Shown here piece by piece: positions 1 through 11,578 of a stretch of DNA of 64,000 bases (within the stretch, counting starts at the first letter, position 1; every line of letters starts with the position of its first letter). Position numbers and translations under genes: made by a program. The notes under the pieces were generated by a model, which worked only from the letters and a program-made list of their open reading frames with translations, searched no databases and had not been told where the DNA came from. Source of the DNA: Rebecca billardiae RCC1528 (Eukaryota; Protista; Haptophyta); NCBI GenBank assembly GCA_965240325.2, contig OZ251237.1:1673601-1737600 (forward strand), in the 5' to 3' direction.

Positions 1-502
1 GGGGCAGCAGCTCGGTCGGATCGGCACGTGCAATGGCGCATCGTGCCGGGCGAGGCGACCAAGTGGCCCGCCGCGCACGCGCTCTCTGTCTCTCCCGCGC
101 GCGCGCGCGCCGTGTCGCCCGCGGCCCGGGCAGCTCCGCGGGCACGGGGCAGCGCGTGCTGATAGTGCTTGGCTGCAGCCCGCGCGGCGTGGTGCGGAGG
201 CGCTGCGGCGGGCACATCCACGCATCGTCGAGGACTGCATGGTACGCCGGTGGCTCTCGCCCGCCGGGCTCGAGCCACACGCGCGGCAGGCACTGACCAC
301 GGTGGGGCTACCGGACTGCGCTCACTTTGGTCCGCCGAAGCTTCTGCGGATGCTCCTGACCCTCAATCAGCAATCGCCGACGCCGCCGCCGGTTTGAGCC
401 CTGTTTCGTCAAGCGTAGCCCACAAAAGTTTCCGACGGCGACAGGTTCCTCCGTCAAACCCATACAGGAGCGCGCGTGGCCGTGGGCGGCACGCTGCCGC
501 CG

Positions 503-3076
503 ATGGCGTGGAATGACGGGTCGCCGAGCGCGCAGCTGACCGAGCCGCTCTTCCCGCCAGTCGACAAGCCGCGCGCCGCTGGCGCGCCAGGCCGCGCTGG
601 CCGCCGCGCGGCCGAGCGCGGCGGCGACGCGCGGCGGCGCGGCCTGGGCGGCGGCGGCGGCGGCGGCGACACCTTCATCGCGCGCGGGCGCACGCGCGAG
701 GAGGAGGAGGCGCTGAGGGTCGAGTCGCTCCTCGCGCGCGCCGGCGCGCCCGACGCCTCCGCGCCCTTCGCCCTGCGCCTCGCCGAGCCGCTCGAGTGCG
801 TGTGCGGCGCGGTGGAGCGGCTCTGGGCTGCGCTGCTGCGGTGCGTGCTGGGCGCGCGCTGGCGGATGACGCGGCACGGGCCCGGGCGGGGCGGCGAGCT
901 GCAGCTGCGCTCGGCGCAGCTCCCCCGGCAGCTCGTCGTCGAGTCCGACGTGCGTCCGGGCAGCCGCTTCGCCGACCACTTCGCGCTGCGCGAGCTGCTG
1001 GGCGTGGGCGCGTCCTCGCGCGTGCACCGCGCGCGCAGGCTGGTGGGCGGCCGGCGGGTGCGCGGCGAGGGCGGCGTGTTCGCCGCGAAGGTGGTCTCGA
1101 AGGCGCGCCTCGGCATCGACGCGCGCTCGCGCGCCGCCGCCCTCCGCCAGGTCCACGCCGAGCTCGACGCGCTGAGCGCGTGCGCGGGCCACCCGTGCGT
1201 GCTGGCGCTGGCGTGTGCGTTCGAGGGGCGCATGCAGATTGTGATCGTGCTGGAGCACTGCGCGGGCGGCGAGCTGTTCGACTTCTTGGTGGCGCAGGGC
1301 GCGCTCACCGAGGCCGACTGCGCGTGCATCCTCGCGCAGGTCTGCGCCGCCCTTTGCCACGTGCACGCGTGCGGCTACATGCACCGCGACGTGAAGCCGG
1401 GTGAGTGAGGGGCACGCGCACGCACCCGCTGCTGCCGCGGCTGCTGGCGCGGCTGCTGCTGGCGCGGCTGCGTGCTGGGGGCGCGGGCGGAAGCGCGCGC
1501 GGCGGCGTCGTGCGCCCAGCCGCGCCGCACCCCCGCTGAGCGCGCCCGCCCCCCATCCCCCTCCGCCCGCATGCGCGCCCGCGCCCCCGCCCGCGCCCCT
1601 GCCGCCTGCTGCTGCGCTGCGCTGCGGCCCGCACGCCGATGGCGGCGCGACCTCCGCCGGCGTGGCGGCGCGCGCGTGGCGCAGAGAATATCCTGCTCTC
1701 GGCGCCCGGCCAGCTCGGCTCGCTCAAGCTCGCCGACTTTGGCTACGCGCGCGCGCTGCCCCGCGCCGCGCGAGCGCCGCCGCGCGAGCACGAGGGTGCG
1801 GCGCACGCGCGCGCACCGCCCGCGCCCGCGCCCGCGCGCTCGGAGGCGCAGCGGCCGCAGCGGCCGCGAGAAGCGCGCGAGGAGCCCGCGCCGAGCGGTG
1901 GCGGCGGCGCGGCGGCGGCGCGGGCGGGCTCGGCCGAGCCACGCGACGCGTCGGCCGCCGCTGCCGCGCGCGCTCGGCACACGGCAGCGCTGGCGCACAG
2001 CGCGGCGCAGCGGCCGGCGCGCGCGCGCACGGGCGACGGCTGCGCGGACGCGGCGGCGGGCGGCGGCGGCGGCGGCGGCGGGGTGCGGACGGCAGGCGGT
2101 GGGTCAGCGGCGCACACGCCGCCGTCGCCGCGCTCGACGGCGCCCGCCTCGCCCGCCGCCTGCGCGCAGGCGCGCCCGTCCGCGCGCGCCGCCGCGCGCG
2201 CCGAGCGCGCGCGCGCGGCGGCGGGCGCGGCGTCGGCGGCCACCGGCGCGGCCGAGGCGGCGGCGGGCGGCGTGGCGAGGCGTGGCGCGGCGGCGGCGGG
2301 CGGCGCGAAGCCCAACGGTACGCTCGCGGCGCGCGCCGCGCTGGAGGCGGCCGCGGCGGCGCTCTGCGGCGACGGCGACGGCGACTGGTCGGGCGGCGGC
2401 GCGGCGCGCGCGCACGGCGCGCCGGCCGCGGCCGCGCGCGCCGGCGCGGGCGGCGGCGCGGCGCTGCAGGCCGACGAGCCGCAGGGCGGCGGCGCCGCCG
2501 TCCCCGCCGTGCCGCAGCCCGGCGCCCACGGCTACGGCTGCCGCTCGTTCCTGGGCACCCCGGGCTATCTCGCGCCCGAGATCCGCATCGGCGTCGAGTA
2601 TGGCGCGGGTGCGCGCCGCGCGCGTTGCCGCGCCGCCGCGCGCGCGCGGCGCGGCGCGGCGCCATTCTACAGCGCGCGGCGCTGCGTCGCCCTGCTCACC
2701 GCCCCGCGCGCGCGGGTGTGGCGGCGCGCTGCAGGCGTGGACATGTGGTCGCTCGGCGTCCTCGCGCACCTGCTGCTCACGGGCTCGCTGCCCTTCTCGC
2801 CCGAGGCGGACGCGCACGCGATGCCGTGCGCGCAGCAAGGCGGCAGCGCCGCAGGCGGCAGCGCGCCCGCTCTCTCCGATGCCGTGGCGCGCGCGGCCGC
2901 CGACGCCGCGGCCAGGGCGGCGGCCGGCTGGGCGGCGGCTGCGCCGTCGCGCCGCACTGCCGCCGACGGCAGCGCCGGCGCGCCCGTGGCGAGCGCCACC
3001 GCCTCGCCGCTCGACGGCGCCTCCTCCTCCTCCGCCTCATCACGCGCCTGCGCCGCCGGCCTCGCGGACGCCGCCG

Positions 3077-3110
<34 letters not shown>

Positions 3111-3512
3111 GCCCGCGGCCGCGCCCGGCGCCGGCGCCGGCGGCGCGCCCGAGGGCGGCGCCGCGGCGCGCGACGACGCGGCGCGCGGCGCGGTCAGCAC
3201 GGCCGACCTGCGCCGCGCGTACTTCGTCAACTGGGAGGCGGAGGCGTGGGGCTGCGTCTCCAGAGACGCGCGCGAGCTCGTGCGCGCGGCGCTGCAGGTG
3301 GAGCCTGCGCGGCGCGCCACCGCGCACGAGGCGGCGAGCTCGGGGTGGGTGCGCAGGCTGGCGGCGGCGCACGTGCGGCAGCTGCCGCCGCGCGACCCGT
3401 GCGCGCCCGCGCGCCGCGCGCAGCCGCGCGCGCCAACGCCCGCGGCGCCGGGCGCGGCCCAACACGCGCGGGGCGAAGCGCCGCACGCGCACACGCTGCG
3501 GCCCCGCGCCGA

Positions 3513-3544
<32 letters not shown>

Positions 3545-4713
3545 ACGCCGACGGCCGCGATGCGCCCGCGGCCGGCGGCGCGGGCGGCCCCGCCGGCGGC
3601 GGCGTCGGGCTCGGCGCGCGCCCGCCGCCCGGCGGCGCGCACGCCGCGGCCGATCCCGCCGCCGACCCGCTGCGCCCGCTGCCGTACGCGCCGCGTGAGG
3701 CGCTGGGCCCGTACAGGCGCGGGGCTGCCGGCAGCGGCGCGTCTGCAGCGCCTTACTTCTTCAGCAGCTTCTTCCTCGACGACGCGGCGAGGCAGCGCTC
3801 CGCCGCGTCCACGCCGGTGAGCGGCGGCAGTGGCGGGCTCGGCGGCGGCGCGCTGAGCGCGGTGGCCTCGCCCGAGCTCCGCCCGCTCGACACGCCGCCT
3901 GGCCGGAGGCCGGACCGGCCGGGCGGCGGCGGGGGCGGCGGGGGCGGCGGGGGCGGCGGGGGCGGCGGGGGCGGCGGGGGCGGGTGCGTGTGCGCTGCTG
4001 CGCCGTACCGGCTCTCGATGTCCGACTTTGAGCTGCCGCGCGGTGCGCGCGCCGAGGGGGACGGTGGCGGCGGCGGCGCCGGGGGCGCCGCCGCGCAGCA
4101 CAACGACGACGACGCGCTGCGCACGAGTGATGACGACGAGGACGAGGAGGAGGAGGAGGACGAGGGCGCCGCCGCGCGCGCGGCGGCGGCGCGCACGGCC
4201 GCCGCGGCTGGGTGCCACGCGTCGGCCGGGTACGCGCGCTTCAACAAGCACAACGAGGCGAGCGTGCTGCAGCCGCTGCTCGGGCGCGGCCACCGGACCC
4301 CCGACCCGCCGCCGCCGCCCGTCCGCGCCGCGGGCGCAGCCGCCGCCGTCGGCGCGGCCGTGAAGGCCGGCGGCGGCCTCCCCAGCAGCCTGGTCCCCAG
4401 CAGCCTGCTCCATGGCTCAGCCGCCGGAGGCAGCGGCGGGGCGGCGGGGGCGGCGATGCAGTCCGAGCTGCTGCCCGGCGGCGCGCAGCGGCCCCGCGCC
4501 GTCGCGGTCGCCGTCGCGCTGGATGGCGCATCAGGCGCCACGCCCACGACGGCCGCGGCGTCGGGGCCGCTCCCCGCCGGTGCCGCTCGGCATCTCTGCG
4601 AGGTTATTGGCGGCGGCGGGGCGGGCGGGGCTGCTGCCGACGACCGAGTGACGACGACCGACATGCAGGTGGCTGCCGTGAATCTGCTGGATGATGATGA
4701 CGACGCGATATGA
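503..4713 (+). CDS. Ser/Thr protein kinase, CAMK-group-like, spliced (introns 1401-1684 and 2609-2734), with long low-complexity inserts and C-terminal tail
   Basis: Gly loop LGVGASSRV, VFAAKVV, HRDVKP|ENILL joined across a GT..AG intron, DFG, GTPGYLAPE, YGAG|VDMWSLGV joined across a second intron, VSRDARELVRAALQVEPARR. Confidence 0.9.
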
Positions 4714-4741
4714 CGATGCCGCCGGCGGATATATATATATA

Positions 4742-5550
4742 CAGTCCCCTCCGAACAATTGGTTACCCTTATTGTGTTTGGCTGTCGTCTATATATACCA
4801 GCTCCGTCACTGTTTGAGGCCCACTGCTGCATGCTATCTGTTACTGCACCTATAGCCCTCACAGACCAGGTGGGTATGAGCTGGGCGGGTGTGTGGGCTG
4901 AGTCAGTCATCAGATAAATTGAATGCAGGTGCACAACCGGCTGACGGGTGCTGCGCGGGGGTGCTGGACCACCACGAGGGCAGGCAGGGATGGAAATTCA
5001 CCCCCTGAGCAGGCTGTGGGCTGGCTGGCTGGGAGTGTAGCAGCTGTATAGTGGGCCCTGGCGCTGCAGCTGGATGGCCTTTGATACTGCCTAGCAGCCA
5101 GCCTAGCAGTACAGTCTGGCGTGAGCTGTGCGGTTTCAGTGCGCAGGCCACGTCTCTGCGGGTGGTGGTCGGGGAATGGCCACCACAGTGCACCAGATGC
5201 ACCTAGCCTGCCAGTGGCCCACCTGCTGATTGGGTATGCCCTGTAGCACAGCACACGAGGCTCCGCCGAAAATCAGCGGCGCGCTGTGCTACAAGCTGGG
5301 CTGAAAGGGGTGTGGGAGCCAGTCGAGAGCCTGTCGGCCACGGTCACGTCCGAGCTGGCCGGCTTCACGTGCTACCCAGAGAAGTCCTCCAATGGTCACC
5401 CACCCGGCTGAAGTCATGATGGGTGGGTGCAGCTCGACCGAATGGAGAGTGCTGGGGCCGCAGGTGCCCGTCATGCAAGCCTAGGCGGCCAGGAGAAGGT
5501 GTGATGTGCAGGTGTGCTCTCCATAGGGTAATTTATTGTTGAGAGGACTG
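4742..5550. mobile_element. 809-bp non-autonomous Tc1/mariner-type MITE (family A)
   Basis: Imperfect TIRs CAGTCCCCTCCGAACAATTGGTTACCCT and, as reverse complement of the right end, CAGTCCTCTCAACAATAAATTACCCT; TA on both sides; interior has lower GC than flanking genes. Confidence 0.75.
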
Positions 5551-5569
5551 TACGATGCGCGACGACTAC

Positions 5570-5705
5570 GATATGATATGATATGATATGATATGATATG
5601 ATATGATATGATATGATATGATATGATATGATATGATATGATATGATATGATATATATATATATATATGATATATGGGGGTAGAGAGAGAGAGAGAGAGT
5701 AGAGA
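5570..5705. repeat. (ATATG)n microsatellite followed by (TA)n and (AG)n tracts
   Basis: Direct reading of the sequence. Confidence 0.95.
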
Positions 5706-5741
5706 GGGCCGCCTGTTTTATTTCTACCTGATTCCATTTAC

Positions 5742-6294
5742 TAAAGGGCCGAGCCACTATAACTGTCAGGTTACCGAGCAGATCGCGCGGAGTTAAAAAC
5801 CCATCGTTTTGGTCAATAATAAAACTGGCGGGCGCAAAGTCTGGTCTTTCTGCCGGCGGATCGCGTGATGGCAGAGGAGCACTGCAGCTGCGCCTTCTCC
5901 GACCCGGGCGACCCGGCGCCAGCGGCGCGGCGCGCGCGCGGCTGCGACTCGGCGCTCGCGCTCGACCCGTACGACAGCCGCACCGGACTCGCTGCGCCCC
6001 TTGGCTCGCTTGCCCACAGAGCGCCGCGCGGACCTGGCATGCGTGTCGCGGCCTGCACGCCCGAGGTGCCAATCTCAAATTTGTGCGACATTCAGGGCGG
6101 CGAGGTCGGCACCGTCGACGAGTAGGATGGGTTCTTGACCTCCGCACGTCCCACGCGGAAGTCAAGAGCGCGTCGGAGCGGCCGGGGACCGCGACCTCGT
6201 CGCTGTGAATGTCGCACAGCAAATTCGCGCACGTGGGCCGTGGGCACGTCGGCACGATGGCGCTGCCTGACAGTTATAGTGGCTTAACCCTTTA
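5742..6294. mobile_element. ~550-bp TIR element (MITE family B)
   Basis: 29-bp inverted repeats TAAAGGG[CCG/TTA]AGCCACTATAACTGTCAGG at 5742-5770 and 6266-6294; the terminal TA may be the TSD. Confidence 0.7.
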
Positions 6295-6359
6295 CAGTAT
6301 GTCACGGCGACAAACCCGTGCCCGCCAGTGGGAATCGGTGTCACGCCCCGTTGTATGTA

Positions 6360-7141
6360 CAGGGTCCCCAACAATTGTTCGGACACTGATTTTTGCTGAC
6401 TACGGCTGCTAACGATGAGATGGGCCAGAGGCTCACATGTGCGCCATGGACCTTACTCCTCGGATGACGACAGGGTGTGGGTGCAGCGAGCGGCGCGCTC
6501 AGCGTGTGGCCAGGGCTGGCTTGGATGTACAGCTCAACCGACTAGCGGTTGGCTCTGAACAGGTCCACGGAGCCCCCGCGGGTGGCATGCCTGCTAAAAT
6601 TCGTATCTGGCGCACGGTTGCATTTGGCGGCGGGCGGGTTGGTGCGCGCACTGGTGGGTCTCCAGCGTTCGCTGCGGGTAGTGGCGCCGACTGTAGCCCT
6701 TGCCTGCACGGCCAGAGCCGATCGATGGGCTGTGCAGCAGCTGTGCAAGCGAGGTGCGCAACTGGTAGGCTGGTCCGATCGGGCCGTATATACTCCTGGT
6801 GTAGCGCTACGTCCGGGCTTGCCCAGGGCTGTCGAGCGCATGCCGCATAGTCATCGACCATGCCACGTAATAATATCTGCGCGGCCTTGAGCGGGCTTGC
6901 TGGCTACAGACATGCGCAGAAGCCACACGGCTGCTTCACGGCCCTCACGACCAGCCTTGTGCCGACTGTCCGCATGACCCAGAGGGGTGCTCCACGCGGG
7001 CTGCCCGGCTATGCGCGGTCGCAGACAGACCTAGTGGGGTGCACACGAGCCGAGCTGGCCGCTCCTGACCCCGCGCGAGGCAGCCACAGGCCGTACGCTG
7101 AGCTGCTGCCCAAAGTGTCCAGTTTAATGTTGGAGACCCTG
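6360..7141 (+). mobile_element. 782-bp MITE (family C), solo copy
   Basis: TIRs CAGGGTC[C/T]CCAACA...GGACACT; TA at 6358-6359 and 7142-7143; near-identical to the reverse complement of 7988-8769 and 11579-12360. Confidence 0.92.
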
Positions 7142-7987
7142 TACCTCTCACGGCCGATGGCGGCCTCCACGTGCGTGAGGAATACGATTCGTGCACTCCT
7201 CGGTGACCGGTGAGTGCACGAATCCAGTTGCGGCGCTCGTCCGCCTCGTCGTCGTCGCGGCACGAGGTACATCCAACACCATGGGTCGGATCGCAGAACT
7301 CTCCGCGCGCTCGCGCTCGCGCGGCGAGGCACTGGCAGGCTTGTTCTTCATCTTGGCCAAGGCTGCAGCCTGCCAGATGCGCGAGAACGCGTGTGCATGC
7401 CTTTCCGCGCGTCATGAGTGCGCGTTGCACGCATCCTATCGCAGTCTACGCCGACGAGGCCTGAGCATCCACGTCAACCAGCCTGCCACGATCACGTTCA
7501 AATGCAGGCGGCAAGCTGCATGCGAGCGGCACGCAACGGAAGCATCTCAAGCCCGACAAAGTAGTGGCGGAGGAGCTTGTAGAGCTGGTGGCGATTGCGG
7601 TCTATCTGTTCATCACCTGTTCAGAGTCGCCAACTGACACGGGCGCGACGTAGCCAAGGTAGAGTGCCTGCAGCTTGCAGCAAGCCCGCAGCTGCCACCT
7701 CGGCGACGATCGTCACACAAACAACCGTGCGCCGCGACTGACCACTGTGTCAGGGCGAAGCACCAGGCAAGGCTAAGCAGCATGCCATGGCAACATCTTT
7801 GGCTACATGTCAGCGCGCTAGTACGAGAATGCGCCAACGACGTGCCATCAGTACTCCGCAATCGCGCCGGCACCGCACCAGCGGCCAAGCAGCCGCCATT
7901 TTGCCGCGTTTTGGCGGATGTCGCCGTGGGGCTCTCGTAGAATTAAAGGCTGTATAACCGCTCGGTTATGCGGGTTATATATATATA

Positions 7988-8769
7988 CAGGGTCTCCAAC
8001 ATTAAACTGGACACTTTGGGCAGCAGCTCAGCGTACGGCCTGTGGCTGCCTCGCGCGGGGTCAGGAGCGGCCAGCTCGGCTCGTGTGCACCCCACTAGGT
8101 CTGTCTGCGACCGCGCATAGCCGGACAGCCCGCGTGGAGCACCCCTCTGGGTCATGCGGACAGTCGGCACAAGGCTGGTCGTGAGGGCCGTGAAGCAGCC
8201 GTGTGGCTTCTGCGCATGTCTGTAGCCAGCAAGCCCGCTCAAGGCCGCGCAGATATTATTACGTGGCATGGTCGATGACTATGCGGCATGCGCTCGACAG
8301 CCCTGGGCAAGCCCGGACGTAGCGCTACACCAGGAGTATATACGGCCCGATCGGACCAGCCTACCTGTTGCGCACCTCGCTTGCACAGCTGCTGCACAGC
8401 CCATCGATCGGCTCTGGCCGTGCAGGCAAGGGCTACAGTCGGCGCCACTACCCGCAGCGAACGCTGGAGACCCACCAGTGCGCGCACCAACCCGCCCGCC
8501 GCCAAATGCAACCGTGCGCCAGATACGAATTTTAGCAGGCATGCCACCCGCGGGGGCTCCGTGGACCTGTTCAGAGCCAACCGCTAGTCGGTTGAGCTGT
8601 ACATCCAAGCCAGCCCTGGCCACACGCTGAGCGCGCCGCTCGCTGCACCCACACCCTGTCGTCATCCGAGGAGTAAGGTCCATGGCGCTCATGTGAGCCT
8701 CTGGCCCATCTCATCGTTAGCAGCCGTAGTCAGCAAAAATCAATGTCCGACCAATTGTTGGGGACCCTG
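7988..8769 (-). repeat. Family C 782-bp unit, left terminal repeat
   Basis: Starts CAGGGTCTCCAACATT and ends TTGTTGGGGACCCTG. Confidence 0.95.
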
Positions 8770-8879
8770 TGTGCACACTCGCTTGCCGCATGTTGAGTGA
8801 CTGTCAGCCAGGGAGCTGAAGACGACGGCTTCTCAGAGGCCGCGCGAGCTCGACGGCGGCGCGCGCGGGCACGGTGGGC

Positions 8880-9715
8880 TGGCGCGGCCCCGGCGCACGC
8901 CCATCCGGCCGCACGCCGCCGCGCCAGCCGCTCCTGCACGCGGGCTGACCGAGGCGCCAGCCTCACCCAACCGCCGCTGCTTGCCGTGGAGCTGGTCGGG
9001 AGATGATGGGGTGGGTCGGCTGCTCCCAGAAGCTCCCCACGCGCGCCGCGCGTGCTGCATGCGGGTGCGGCGGGTCGGCGCGGCCCCGCCGCGCGCCCAT
9101 CCGGCCGCGCGCCGCCGCGCCAGCCGCTCCTGCACCCGGGCTGACTCAGGCGTCAGCCTCACCCAACCGTGAGCCGCCAGCTGCTTGCCGTGGAGCTGGT
9201 CGGGAGATGATTTGGTGGGTCGGCTGCTCCCAGAAGCTCCCCACGCGCGCCGCGCGCGCTGCATACGGGTGCGGCGGGTCGGCGCGGCCCCGCCGCGCGC
9301 CCATCCGGCCGCACGCCGCCGCGCCAGCCGCTCCTGCACGCGGGCTGACTCAGGCGTCAGCCTCACCCAACCGTGAGCCGCCAGCTGCTTGCCGTGGAGC
9401 TGGTCGGGAGATGATTTGGTGGGTCGGCTGCTCCCAGAAGCTCCCCACGCGCGCCGCGCGCGCTGCATACGGGTGCGGCGGGTCGGCGCGGCCCCGCCGC
9501 GCGCCCATCCGGCCGCGCGCCGCCGCGCCAGTCGCTCCTGCACCCGCGCTGACTCAGGCGTCAGCCTCACCCAACCGTGAGCCGCCAGCTGCTTGCCGTG
9601 GAGCTGGTCGGGAGATGATGGGGTGGGTCGGCTGCTCCCAGAAGCTCCCCACGCGCGCCGCGCGCGCTGCGTGCGGGTGCGGCGGGTCGGCGCGGCCCCG
9701 CCGCGCGCCGATCCG
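8880..9715. repeat. 204-bp tandem repeat, about 4 copies
   Basis: GAGCTGGTCGGGAGATGAT recurs at about 8989, 9193, 9397 and 9601. Confidence 0.95.
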
Positions 9716-9838
9716 GCGCCATCTAGTCCGCCGCTAAGTCATCGGCGCAGCTCAGAATCTCAGTGCCATAGCTAGGCCGCGCAGCTGCCGCCTGTTACTC
9801 ATCGATCAGCTGATCTAAGTAATCATCAAAAGCGGCGG

Positions 9839-9881
<43 letters not shown>

Positions 9882-9892
9882 CTGCTCATTAC

Positions 9893-11146
9893 TTAGTGAC
9901 CAGTGTTCGCGCCATCCTTCTTGATGCAGAGCTCGAGACGGGCGAGCCAACCATCAAACAGCTTCGTCATAAACACTTTGTCACCGGTCACCTCTGCATA
10001 CATGTCCTTCACAGCCTGCTCAAAGTCCTGCTGTGACACGTACTTGCGCTGCCGCAGACCCATGCGCCGCACCATCTCAGCCCACACATTCTCAATCAAT
10101 GAGAGGTCAGGGCTCAGCGCAGGCCAGTCCCAAAAGCAGCGGCGGGTAAACTTCGTAATCACCTCTCTGCACTTCTGGCCTCGCTCAGTGCTCGGATGAA
10201 TAGTGTGGGCCCTCGCACCATCCTGCTGCCAGTACCAATCCTCACCTAGGTCGTTCTCTTCGAACAGCTTTGCCATGTCGCGGAGCATCTGGAGCAAGAT
10301 GTTGTTCTGGTACTCCTTCGAGGTCACACCGCGCTTCTTCTTGGGCGGGGCTTCGGTGGGGTTACCATCCTCATCGTAGTCGTCAGCTTCGACCTTGAAT
10401 GCTGTACCAGAGACTTTGGTGATGAGCCTGCTCGCACCCCACCAGCAAATGGCGGCGTATGCGTGCACGCGGAAGCGGCGACCAGTCGGCGCGTCGTCAG
10501 GCTCGTGGTTCTCGCAGCGCACCTTCCACTGCCCGGTGGGCCCCAGCTCGTCCGAGATGAAGATCTTCGAGTCGCTGAAGCTCACTGACTGCTTGAACTT
10601 CTTCCTCCCTCGGTCAGTTGCCCGCTTGACGATGGCCTTACACCACGCAACGCGCTTCTTCTTGTGCGCCTTCTTGAGCGTGTACTTCTTGCCGATGCGA
10701 TTCCGCGAGTAGTACGCGCTGATGCGCAGCTTGATCTCCTTGCTCCAAGTCGTGAGGCCGGCAATGCTCAGGTCGCACACCTCACGCAAGGAATGCACCT
10801 TGCCAGTCTTGATCTTTGCTGCTGCCTCGTCAGCGTCTACTGCCGGCACGCTTGGGGGGCGGCCACGCCCTTCGAGCACCGCGCCCACCACCCCAGTCTC
10901 CTCCCACTTCTTGTAGATGTCGTACCCACCAGCCTTGCTCACACCAAACAAGCCCGCAGCGACCGCCATCGGCATGCCGTAGAGGTGAAGGATGATGAGA
11001 CCCCAGTGCCGACCCTCGCGGCTGATCTGGCTAGGGCCATCACCATGCGTGTGCTTGCGCGCACGCTCGCCCGCCTCCGCATTGGTGCCACCCCTCGTGA
11101 TCCCCAGGAGCAGCATCCACCAAGCCACTGGCTGCCGCGGCGCCAT
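9893..11146 (-). CDS. IS630/Tc1/mariner transposase, 417 aa, intact ORF, DD42E
   Basis: N-terminal HTH-like segment plus GRGRPP; catalytic motifs FSDSKIF, WQQDGARAH and WPALSPDLSLIENVW; C-terminal RLELCIKKDGANTGH resembles Tc1 ends. Confidence 0.93.
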   Translation of the reverse strand: MAPRQPVAWWMLLLGITRGGTNAEAGERARKHTHGDGPSQISREGRHWGLIILHLYGMPMAVAAGLFGVSKAGGYDIYKKWEETGVVGAVLEGRGRPPSVPAVDADEAAAKIKTGKVHSLREVCDLSIAGLTTWSKEIKLRISAYYSRNRIGKKYTLKKAHKKKRVAWCKAIVKRATDRGRKKFKQSVSFSDSKIFISDELGPTGQWKVRCENHEPDDAPTGRRFRVHAYAAICWWGASRLITKVSGTAFKVEADDYDEDGNPTEAPPKKKRGVTSKEYQNNILLQMLRDMAKLFEENDLGEDWYWQQDGARAHTIHPSTERGQKCREVITKFTRRCFWDWPALSPDLSLIENVWAEMVRRMGLRQRKYVSQQDFEQAVKDMYAEVTGDKVFMTKLFDGWLARLELCIKKDGANTGH

Positions 11147-11578
11147 GGCTGCCGAAGATCCGCACGGAATCGGCCGGGCATCAGACAGCAGTACCCGAAT
11201 AACGGTTCATCGCGCAGTAACGTCGAAAGCAATGCCTGCCGGCCGCGGCGCGCCGGCGCGCAGGTCAGCACGGCGGGCACGCGCTGGTACGGACCACTGT
11301 GGTGCTCCTGCGAGCAGCTGCTGACGCGTTGGCGCGATGAGACCAGCGTCCTCGCAAACCCGTGACCAGGTGGCCCAGTGCCACTGCCCTGCCTCCACAC
11401 GCTAGTCGAGGGAGTGACGCGTGCCGAATGTGTCTCGCCGGATGACCACCAAGGCTGCTGTCAATAAATATGAGGTGGGTCACGTCGACAACCCGAACTG
11501 CTGGGTGTCTATTTGAAATATACTCCGCAGATTCTGCCAGTGGCAGCTACGGAGCTACGCTCGTCGCCGAGATACCTT

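Noticed and set aside
6437-7213. Short ORFs repeated three times in family C units
   Set aside because: They recur only because the unit is repeated; no coding signature.
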